From: Balanoglossus misakiensis
Taxonomy: Eukaryota > Animalia > Hemichordata
DNA length: 64,000 bases
Direction: 5' to 3'
Assembly: GCA_040954595.2 (NCBI GenBank)
Contig: CM082578.2
Coordinates: 6,185,519 to 6,249,518, forward strand
This document shows, piece after piece, positions 14,301-25,100 of the stretch (positions are counted from its first letter, which is position 1; each line of letters begins with the position of its first letter). The notes under the pieces are model-generated. The model searched no databases and had not been told where the DNA came from. It saw nothing but the letters and a program-made list of their open reading frames with translations. Both the position numbers and the translations under genes were made by a program.

Positions 14301-16241
14301 TTTATATGCTATTACATACAAATATGAAAAGTTTCATTTCAGTTATTCATTAAAATGCAAACATTTGTCAAAAAACATATGAATAGACACCTGACAGGCC
14401 AAAGTCGTATCTTTAGCTTTCAGTTGTCAATTTTAGCATGACATCATGACTAATTAAGCTAATTTTGCATATTTTCCATGCTGCGCCTTGTCTGACAAGG
14501 TAAACGATTGCATATTTGAATTCCTAGACCCTGAAAACATTGGAATAGACACCTCACTTAACACCGTTGGCTCTCTTATGTAGACCCATTGATTTTAGAT
14601 GGGCGTGTCACCTAATTAACATAAATTAGCATTTTTACCAGTTCACCAAATGTTTCTAAATTAAAAAAATTGTTTAAAAATATTTAAATGAATATAAGAA
14701 TATGATTTCAATAGACTATTATGGTGTTGACCTGTGATATTGCACCATAATGGCTACAAACAGCGTTTTCTTTTAGGTATTTTGAAATTATGACGTCACA
14801 AATTCATTTGCCATTTTCGACATGAAAACGTGAAAATAATTTTTGGGAACAGGCAAATTCGAAATCAGCGTATTCGAAATATCCAAAAACAACTTGTTCC
14901 CAGCTTGTACCAAAAAAATGAATGACATGCTTTTAAAATGCTCATTTTCTGAAATTTCCACCTGGACCTAATTAACATAAATTAGCATTTTACCAATTCA
15001 CAAAATGTTTCTAAATTAAAAAAATTGTTTAAAAATATTTAAATGAATATAAGAATATGATTTCAATAGACTATTATGGTGTTGACCTGTGATATTGCAC
15101 CATAATGGCTACAAACAGCGTTTTCTTTTAGGTATTTTGAAATTATGACGTCACAAATTAATTTACCATTTTCGACATGAAAACGTGAAAAGAATTTTTG
15201 GGAACAGGCAAATTCGAAATCAGCGTATTCGAAATATCCAAAAACAACTTGTTCCCAGCTTGTACCAAAAAATGCCTGACATGCTTTTAAAATGCTCATT
15301 TTCTGAAATTTCCACCTGACTATATAGGTCACAGAGAGTCCCTGTAGTATGTATTCCATGCCTCCTGAGAGGTTAGTTAGCCAATAGAAGTTATCTTCAA
15401 CAACCACGAGTCGTGCGTTTTCACCAAAATCAGAGAAAACCACTGCATTTGTAGGGCTTCACAATTGTGTGTTCTGGGAAAAATCACCATGTTGCCACAC
15501 TAACTGGTCTCAACCATTGTAGTACAGGTAGAAGACATTACTGACCCGATGATGGCGAACTGCATGTTCGCACTTTGCGTATGGTTGATACAAAAAAACT
15601 CTCCAATTGAAAAAGTTGTGCTCTCAAAATGTTACAGAGCGCACTACAGTGTTAACAATGCTGAAGCTATCTATACTCACAGTAGACACATCCTCTTGGC
15701 TGCTTTCACTGAAATGGGCCGTCCCAACTATGTACACCTTGCCTCCACTGAATGTGTCTAACACTGTCACTGTCTCCGGCAAATCTGGATTCGACTGGCG
15801 ACTTTTCCTCATTCTTTGCCACACTGCCATATCGTCCTCATCCTCATCCTCAGCATCATTTTTGGCATCATCATCATCATCATCGTCGTCGTCGTCAACG
15901 TCTGTCTCTACCCCACTGCTGACATCTTGATATTCATCATCATCTTCATCATCGTCGTCATCTGACTGATCACTGTTGATTTTGTCATCGTCCTGAACGA
16001 CAACCCCATTTTCAACAGCTGTTCTCATTCCAGTGTCCTCTGCACTGGTCGTTTGTTCCTGATTCTCAGCACCCTCCCCCTCAGGCACACAGTTATTTAC
16101 TACATCATCACAGGAAGTGTTGCTACCGCCATGAGGAGTGCTGTAATCCAAATTCATCTCATCTTTGACGATACTGTCAGGATCTATGTCAGAGGCATTC
16201 TCAATGTTCAGGTCATGGTTTTGTTCTTCAACTACATCCAT
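8343..16241 (-). CDS. TRABD: TraB domain-containing protein with long acidic N-terminus and C-terminal hydrophobic anchor
   Basis: Exons 16241-15681, 10716-10576, 10095-9985, 9738-9599, 9474-9311, 9104-9005, 8478-8343. TraB motifs VYIVGTAHFSESSQEDV, QPDVVMLELCESR, PGGEFRRA, GDRPIQITLRRA, VFVDERDVFL, VVGVVGMGHVPGI; C-terminal TLLGLLAWGGY segment. A probable non-coding first exon ends at the donor near 16804. Confidence 0.93.
11620..13778. repeat. Internal inverted repeat pair (about 11620-11860 and 13541-13778) nested in the TIR element
   Basis: cttggctcagatgtgtgttaatgtgtactaaacaaattcagatagcgagcca... has its reverse complement at about 13726-13778; similarity continues for about 240 bp. Confidence 0.85.
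14611..15318. repeat. Tandem direct duplication (about 355 bp x2) of the right end of the TIR element
   Basis: Copy 1 at 14611-14964 and copy 2 at 14967-15318 both start cctaattaacataaattagc and end gaaatttccacctg; they are nearly identical. Confidence 0.92.
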
Positions 16242-16565
16242 TGCTTTTGTTTTCCTGGAAGAAATGGTAACAGTAAATAATATTAGTCAATGAGACAGTT
16301 TTACATAAAAAGAGGATCTAGTGGACAACAGTTCCCAAAACTGTTGCCAGCTTGTACTAGTTGTAGTGTATGCATGCTAGACATTAGCTGTGGGCCCATA
16401 GCTATGGTGTTTTCAAAACACAACAATGGACCCACAACTAGCTATAAGTATGTGTGTAATTGTAATTTAAAGGGATATGGTCACCTCCAATTTACATACG
16501 CTCATATAATAGCTAAATGGTGTATTTATTGAGTGTTCTAAAGAACATATGGTGGCACTCTTTTT

Positions 16566-16630
16566 TTGCATGTGCCACCCATTGAAAATCTGTGGTTGGC
16601 CAGATCTCAATTTGGCATGGTTACTCTAGG
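16566..16630. repeat. Short dispersed repeat, inverted copy at about 41471-41530
   Basis: cccattgaaaatctgtggttggccagatctcaatttggcatggttactctag matches the reverse complement of ctacagttaccatggcaaattgagatctagccaatcactgaatttcagtggg. Confidence 0.7.
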
Positions 16631-16804
16631 TACACTAGTACTATCTGTGTCTCAGCAAGTAAAACTACGCCCCCCCCCCCCCTTCCCGCACCTCACTATA
16701 GTCCTCACTATAGAGATAGATAGATCTATACATGTAGGTAGGGAGAAGAACATATTGGTACAGATGAATATTGACAGAAATAAGTAAATTGAAAAAAACC
16801 TTAC

Positions 16805-17410
16805 TTTCCCTACCGCCTCCTTATAGCGTTGTCTCCTTGTGGAAGACGAGGACTTGCCTAAAAGTACAACGGCAAAGCCACCAATTATATATAACAAATT
16901 TCAATTTTTAGATTTCAATGAGCATTGAAATCAGCAATGCGCGTGCACATGAACGTTGGTTCTTGATTCGGTATCGGGAAGAGGCTGGAATTTGCTGTAA
17001 TTTTCGCAGAACGTCGCACTTGTGTGTTTAACTGGTGAAAACAACCCACTACTATCAATATGTGTTACACCGTTTTACAGAAAACTATGAAACGGCGCTT
17101 CCAGCTGTTGAAAGGAGAAGCGGTGACTCGACACATCCTCGTTTGGTTGCTTGTACGTTCGATTTGACCTTTCACCCCTGTGACATCATCAACATTTGCA
17201 TTTCGACCTTTGAACTGAAACAAGCTGTACACGACTTGCTGGATGGTGAAACACACACAAGCTCAACGAACTCTGCGATAAAATTTGCCATAATTGCCAT
17301 AACCGGTGTCCAACGGTCAACAGGATAGAATCTTAGCTGCCAAGAAAGGCCATGCCGTGTAAACTCTTGACATGTTCTAATGCTGGCGCTACGTGAAGCG
17401 ATCGTGGGTA
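16805..17410. promoter_or_regulatory. Probable bidirectional promoter region for TRABD (-) and the LRR-ARH gene (+)
   Basis: CpG-richer segment bounded by a minus-strand GTAAG donor (16800-16804) and a plus-strand GTAAGT donor (about 17408-17413). Both genes have a splice acceptor just before their ATG, so both need upstream non-coding exons. Confidence 0.45.
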
Positions 17411-19180
17411 AGTTGTCGGTCGGCGTTCACAGATGTTCAATCAACATGTTCAATGCTGAGTGCGTTTGGGGCCGAACGTTTTGGTACTTCGATATCGACG
17501 CGCAAACTGCTGCATTTAGCCCGAACATGTTTTCAATAAGTTACATATTACATACAGCGTTTCCAATGCATATAATGTACATGTATAGCATAATTCTGAT
17601 GCTTGCACTAAAAGCTCATACATGTAATTTATTTGTATCAAGTTCGTTTATAATTTTGCCTGCAAAGTAAATATTGGTTTTCCATGGACCCCTCAAACAA
17701 GATACGCATCTCTTGTGTACCGATGGAAAATATTAACAAATTGTAATAATATAAAGTGCATGGGGACAGGCGTGGACAGACAAGCCGCGCTAATACCAAT
17801 AAAGACTTGATAAGGTATCAGTCATTGCAGTGACATTTTCAGGTTGCATTCTCAGTATGACCTTCCCACAACAAACAAAATATTATATCAAACATGAATT
17901 TTTTTCTAAAAAAAACCTTCATATAGTTCAGTTGAAAAAAATCATTTTCATATTAAATGTATGAAAATAAATTTTGGTCTACAAGGCAAGAGAACAAACA
18001 TTTACATCTACTTTACGTACATGATGATGTATGTAAAGTTTTTGCCTATGACAAGTTCCACACAATGACACAGTATCATGGCTGTAATTTAATCAAGTCT
18101 TACATTAACTGGCTTCCAAAGATGCTGCTGCAAATATACTGTTTTTAGAAAAAAAATTTCCAATTTGAATACAGAACTTTAGTTTTAATATTTCCAAAAC
18201 AAAATGGCATCATGTGTATGAGACATAAACCACTATCATTTATATAAAGAGAGTATTAACGCAGGCACTATGAGCTTGTTCTTGGAGTACTATAACTGAA
18301 ATCTTGCCATACTGAATAGACAGGTGTGGCGTGTACAAATAAAAACGTATGATGATCACTTCATGCAATTCATGAAACTTTGTACTCATTTGGCACTAAT
18401 TCAATGAACCTCTCCAATGAGGTAAGCCGGGGGTCAAAATACATTCTGTCATGCCTTGGTTACTGTTCGCACTGCAAAATATTCAGAAAAAAATGACATC
18501 ATTGTAATCTCCTGAAGTCAGCGCTGTTTTGTAAATATGAGTAATTTTGATTTGTTGAGCCAATGAACACAAAGTCCAAAATTGCCGGTCTTGTTTGTAT
18601 AATATCAACACCGGCATCATCATCTTTACATTGGTCACTGTAGGATAGTGTCTGCCACTTCTCGCCTATCAGCAGCTGATAAGGTTAATCAACCGATTAA
18701 CATTCATACACTTAATTCCCCAGGTTCCCCATTCATGCACATTTTCATGGCAAGCACCACAGCACAGAATTTCAGAAGTCGTGTCACAGTGCCAGGACTC
18801 CTGATATTCTAATTTCCAATCTTTAATAAATCCAGTGTAATCTAAACGTGTCAGAATGCTATTTAAATTTTAAGAGCACCACATTGCCTATTTCTAAATT
18901 TAATTCATAAAAGTAATATTTACATGTAGTCTGCCATATGGCATACATGTATTATGGTGCTCATTCAACCTGAGTAACAGTTGGCTTTAATGCAATGTTT
19001 TTTGAAAACATACATTTTTAGTTATTGCTTGGTAAACTATTTAAAATGATGGTAGGCTGTTGTATGCATTGATCACAAAATGTCCACACTCCCCTTGTGA
19101 CAAGTAACACAGCCGGAGTTCAAGCATATTTTACAAATGCCCTGTGTTTGTATTGTATTACAGATATTTGATTTTACACA

Positions 19181-22100
19181 ATGGGGAATGTAGAAGCTCA
19201 CGATTTTGTCCCAGTGAGGGACGATGAAAGGAAGGAGCTGAACCTGAGTCGGAAAGTGAATCCACAGCTTTATGATAAGGTAAGCAAGAAATTTGAGGTA
19301 TTGGTGGCAACTGCCAAACATTTGCAATGACACTTTTTAAAAAATTGTAGTAGAATACTAACTGTTACCTGTTACTAATACCCCTTTCTCACGTGCCGTC
19401 AACGCCGCCCCAGCGGCGGTGCTAGGGCGGCGTTAATTTGTAAGTGCCACGTGTGAAAAGGTGAGAGCGGCCCTGCACCGCTCTTTTTTTGTGACGGTGT
19501 TGAGGGGTGGGACCTGGGTCGGGGCGCCGCACTAAACAGCGATTCAAATCACGTGTGAACAGAAACACCGCACTAAACGCCGATCTAAACGCACTCTGCC
19601 CACGCGGTTTGAGGGGATACAAGTGGCAGTTTCTAATGAGCTTGCATGTAAAATTACCCCTCTGAAAAGAGCGATGTTTAGCACCTTGCTTAGTCAACGG
19701 TCAATTTGCCTTGTTGCTGATGGTCATCAGTAAAATGAGGAGCCCCAAAACCTACAGGCAAAGCCTTGAGGTAGTCGGAACTTACTGCAGCTGGGGCTCT
19801 GCTGAAAAAATTGAGACGCCCAGTGGAAGTGGTAGTGAAACTTGTAGCAAAGTTCATGGTGATAATTGCTAGGCAACTAGGTCTTGCCATTGTCTGGCTA
19901 AAAATACATCCCTGTGCGTGAATAAATTAAAAACGTCTTTGTCCCAAGGGACCAACTCAAAGCGTTCCCACATCCCGGTATGCTTTTACTACTAGCATGG
20001 AGTCATGCTACTAGTATATTACGCACTGGTTTCAAAGCTGTAAGACTCACAGGCGGTACCGTAGAAGCGCTTATACTTATAGGATGACTGTACAAAAACT
20101 GGAAAAGTGTGGATTTTCTCGGATCTTCCATTTATTTGATGTGGAACAACAAATGGGACAAGTGGCGAAATGTGTCCTTGATTTTCAATCGCACCATGAA
20201 GCCTATTTGAACCTAATTTGCATAAATGTCCGAGGGGGTCCTTCTGGCACTTTGACTCATTTTTACCCCCATTGTTTCATCTTTTTGTAAAGAATAATTA
20301 TTTTTTCCTGGTCGAACCCGAAGGATAGATTACGGTATACGCTGTTTGGGTATAAGTCCAGAGCTACATATACAGTAAACACATCACTGAATCCGCCATT
20401 GTGACCTTTAGCCACTCTGCTTTGGACGCATTGAGTGCGGTGATCCCGTCCCTTTTATACACATGTGAATGCAAAACTATTTGAGTCGCTGATAAGAAAT
20501 GTTTGCCAACTTTTATAATCCCGAAAAGGGCGCCCTAATCATTTCACGTGAGAAAGCCCTTTAACTGCTTTTGTATGTTCATGAAGATAGCATTTACTGC
20601 TCAGTCTGGTGCCAGAGCAATCATTATCAGTATTGCCTGTAGGGTGTGACAGTGTATTCATGTGCTTAGTGGCCATATCTGTTTCAGAGAAGATGCTGGT
20701 ATCTGTCTTACACACAAACCCTCAAAATTACAGGAATGTACACAAAAGTACATAAAAAATAATTAACTTCAAAATCTTCTCAGGTACTGGAATGACTGCT
20801 TACATAATGAAAATATCAAAATTTTGCAGGTTTTTTTTTATTGACAATGATGAATTCTCACAGGATGTCTGGTTATCTTTATTCTTTTTCACGCACACCG
20901 GTACAGATGTATATCGATTTATGTACTGCTATCATAAATGGTGGTGAGCATCATGTACTTCCATGCCAGTTAATTCATGCCAGTGTTGTCAAGCACCGGG
21001 CACATTTGTCATTCAGTTTATGTCACAGTGCACATTTAAAGATTATCAAAGTGTCAGGACTTCAGTTTTGAAGCAATGTTGGCCAGTTTATAGCCTGTTT
21101 GTGAGCCTGCAAATAGGTGTGACAGCTAACATCTTTCTATTTCTTGAAATTCCCAATCTTTTATATTCCAACATGAGTACATGCCTCCATGTACACATCA
21201 CACAGCAGTATCAATTCAGTGTGCACAGTTTGCAGATATCCAATCAGTAAGAAGTGTAACACCCTACCTCATCGATCCCCTATCTATCTAACCATTGCCA
21301 ATAATTACCTGATGATTGGGATTTCTTTTAATATCCTTACCTTTATCCTACAATCTGATGTCATGGATCTTTAAAACACTACAAACAGGAAAAAAATACT
21401 AGGCTATTATAAGCAGCAGGTATTGACTCTTTTTTTTCCCCTCCACATTTAAATTTCAGCACATGAATGGAGAAGCAATACCGGGCTCGCTCACTGAGCT
21501 TCCGTGGAATATAGTGGACTCCATCTCCCTCTACGAACACATGGACGTCTCCTTCAACATGCTGACGCAGATCCCGGTGGAGATCCCGCTGCGCCTGCCC
21601 CACCTCAGCTACGTGGACCTGAGCCACAACCACCTGACCTCCTTACCTCACAGCTTCGGGCTGCTCTTCCACCTGCAGGAGCTGCTGCTGAACCACAACA
21701 ACCTGAAGCACATCCCCAAGTCGTTCGTGCACCTGGTCAAGCTGGAGAAGCTCGACCTCTCCTTCAACGAGCTGGCGGCGCTGCCCGAGGAGCTGGGCAC
21801 CATGGAGAAGCTGCGCAAGCTCAACGTCAGCCACAACTACCTGCAGGCGCTGCCCCAGTCGCTGGGCACCTGCGCCGAGCTGGCGGTGCTGCTGGCCTTC
21901 AGCAACAAGTGCGAGGTGCCGCCGCAGTGCGTCTGCGACGAGGGCTCGGCCGCCGTCCTCACCTACCTGAGGAGGCACGTCCACAACGGATACGTTCCCA
22001 GGGACTTTCAAAAAGTCAACGTATTTAAAAGGGTTCGAGGTGAGTTTATAGTGGTGCCAGCCTGTCTCTGTCAAGTTTTGTTTTCCGTTTATTTACTCGA

Positions 22101-25100
22101 CTGGAACACTGATGTTTTTTTTTGTGTGGGATAACTGTGGATTAGAAATTCAGAAATCCCTCTTGTGTCATAATTAATTAATATTGCTGGTATCATAGAC
22201 ATGCTGGTTATACAGTTCTGAGTACAGTATTTCTCAGCTTTGTCCACTAGCCACTTCACTGTCGGTTGTAACGTGGGCATGGTTGTCGTATTCTGACTAT
22301 TTATGTTGTGATAATTTTTGTGTGGATACATTCTTGTCTGAGGTGTACTACTTGCTGCTGGTTTGAATGAAGCAACATGACCAACAACTAGACCAGTGAT
22401 GTAATGTTCTTATTCATTTCAATAGTTGAATTAAAGTAAAGCTTGAAGTCCCCCCCCCCCAAAAAAAAAAAAGTGGTCAAATAATCCTGGCATGATGCCT
22501 TAGTTGATGCAATTCACTCACAGATCCTTCCTGGAAAACTCTTTTCACTGCATCAGAGAAAATCATTTGAATTCCTCTAAGCTTGCACTGGACTTGGCAC
22601 TGCTTCTGTACACTTCAGATGATAAAACCATACGTAGCTCCCTACCCCCCTCCCCATCTCCCCCTCCTCTACCAATAAAGCAGTGGGCAGGAAAACGAAG
22701 GCCCCCAGCAAACAGCTGTGAGATAGAATCTTTTCTATCATATCATGTGTTTTGACCAAAAGTTAGTCATACTATAGTACCGGTACAGTATGTATTATAT
22801 AGGCACTCACAGCAAATTTTCCAATTCTTGCACTATTTAGAGTCACAGTGTGTCCCTACAACATACGTGTACACTAGCTACTTTTCAGAATCAGACCAGG
22901 CATTTGGCTGCACTGCTACTTGTTTTTTTTTAATGCCAACTTACACTATAACATTAAAGCTGCAGTGAATTGATTACACAATTATGATTTCCAGGCATAA
23001 GGAAACGACCTTTCACACTCACATTAATACACAACTCCAACAGTGCTGTAACATTAGTTTTATCATGATGTCGATGCCGGATGGCATGATCCTAGCTAAT
23101 TTACATGTGAATACAGCAGGGTCAAAACAAGGTCAAACAATTTGACGGGGCTGCCAACTGATGGGCAAATATTGAAATTTTAACAATGATCTCACATAAC
23201 GAGTTTCATCACATTTTCAATTATTTCTGAAATGATAGTCATTTTTACCTGTTTTAAGCAGACAGTTCTGGAAAAAAAATATATAATGACTCATTTTATT
23301 ATGTGTTAAAAATATCTGGGGACTTCTGAGTTTAGATAACACCCAGTAGATAACATCTATCCACTTGTATTTCTGTTTTATTTGGGTTTATGAGTAAACT
23401 ATGTCAAATTAGGCCTGGCTTGCTATTTATGGTTGTTTGACAACATGTTGCTATCTGTCCTCATTTGCACAGGGACAGTCTGTCCAAGTCCAAAAGTCAA
23501 GGTCAGAATTCATGTAATGACAAATCAGCACCAGCTTAGTTTCATTTAGACTCCCTCGCAATCTCCTCCAAGTGATTTTATTGTACCCAAAACCAAACCA
23601 CAGAAGTACAAATGTTTCTTTTTTCCTGTTGAGAAGCAGGATAAATGGAATGTCAGGTGTTTGGACATCATTAGAATTAGTGTAACACTAACTATTGAAC
23701 AAGACTGCAGTGATGAACTGCCATACTCACTGATCCCAGAGAATTTTGATTTATACAAATAAATATTTATTTATTTTATTTATTCGTTAAACTTTTAATT
23801 TCAGGAAATGAAAAATTCCATATTTACAAAGGATAAAACACACACCAATGAAAAAAAATGTATACGTGTAGCCACATACACGTTATAGTTGATCATGTGA
23901 AGACTGATATCAAAAGTATCTAACAGTTGAACAGTTGCTCTCTTGGTAGACATTTGAAATGTTGGCTCAGGATTGAATGAAGGTTCTAGAGAAAATGAAC
24001 CTGCTTGAGATATGAGTTACGTTTGACTGAAAGCCTTTGTCCTTACTTTCAGGCAATGTCTTACAAAGTACAGTTGGCAATCCTCACTCAGCAAGGGCAC
24101 AGTATGTTCAAGAGCAGACACACACAGGCAACACAACAAGTCGAATACGGACGCCTCTGCGGCCGCCATTGCAGGCCACCAAACTAGAGGCCGATGAACT
24201 TATGGATAAAATCACCGGTAAAAACACTTTTTTTCTGTTAAACCCTTTCATGAATTTGAAGATGACTGAATACCCAAATACCCACTGAATATTTTGCTCA
24301 AGGCAACTTGCAATTATCTTCTCAGAATCTCTTAAAATTGGGAATGATCATTGGGGGTCACCCTGCAAAATTTTGAATGAGAGAGCAAAATGGTGTCAAA
24401 TTGTCTCAAATTCAAAATGGCCGCCAGTGTTTGTGTCGGACAAGGGACACCCACTTTTCTTTCTGTGTTTCGAAAAAGACTCCCCACACATGTATAACAA
24501 AGATTTGGAAGTTTTTGAGGACCATCATTCTTCCTGAAAATCTGTCCCGAGATGCATTGCTATCTTAAAATGTTCAAAATTAAGTCGTTCAGAGCTATTC
24601 TGATAGCAGAGATGGTTCTAACTTGTATTCCCTTTGTAACTTCCAGGCTTGATATACGGGGCAGCTATCGGAGATGCCATAGGGATAGCCACGGAGCATC
24701 TCACTCCAGACGAATGTGAGTTCCACTATGACAGGGATACACTATGCTACGAACACATACTGCAAGATAAACACAGAGTACGGTGGCAGAGAGGCGACTG
24801 GACGGTGGATTTCGATCAGATGGTAGGTCAACTGTCACTGTGTAGCCGATACATCTGTTGTGATGATGAAAAATGATTGTCACAAGTTTGTTTGCATTTA
24901 AAATAAAAAAATTCTTTCTTCTGTCAATGATGAACTACATTGTTTTTGGTTTGTAATTTGTGCACAACGTACTCCAAGCTTTCAATGTAATTCTTTCACA
25001 AAGATAAACTTCACTCATTTCACTTTTGTGAAATTTATATCTAATACTCAGTTGTAATGGATATCAGTATGCATGATTGATAATATGAAAAAAATGGCAA

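Larger units (their letters stand above)
11023..15322. mobile_element. Non-autonomous TIR DNA transposon (4.3 kb) with TAG...CTA termini and 3-bp TAT flanking duplication, Academ-like
   Basis: The left end TAGTCAGGTGGAGATT...TTTTTTGGTACAAGC...CGCTGATTTCGAA...GCCTGTTCCCAAAA is an imperfect inverted repeat of the right end (...AATTTCCACCTGACTA). TAT lies at 11020-11022 and 15323-15325. No recognisable transposase ORF inside. Confidence 0.8.

Noticed and set aside
15063-15443. 126-aa ORF across the TIR element end
   Set aside because: It runs through the duplicated terminal repeat and the flank and has no transposase motifs.
21504-22074. Long alternative-frame and antisense ORFs over the LRR exon
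   Set aside because: Expected by-products of high GC3 codon usage.
24300-24568. Intronic segment containing ttcaaaatggccgcc, resembling a common invertebrate interspersed repeat
   Set aside because: Probably a TE fragment, but termini and TSD could not be established from this window.
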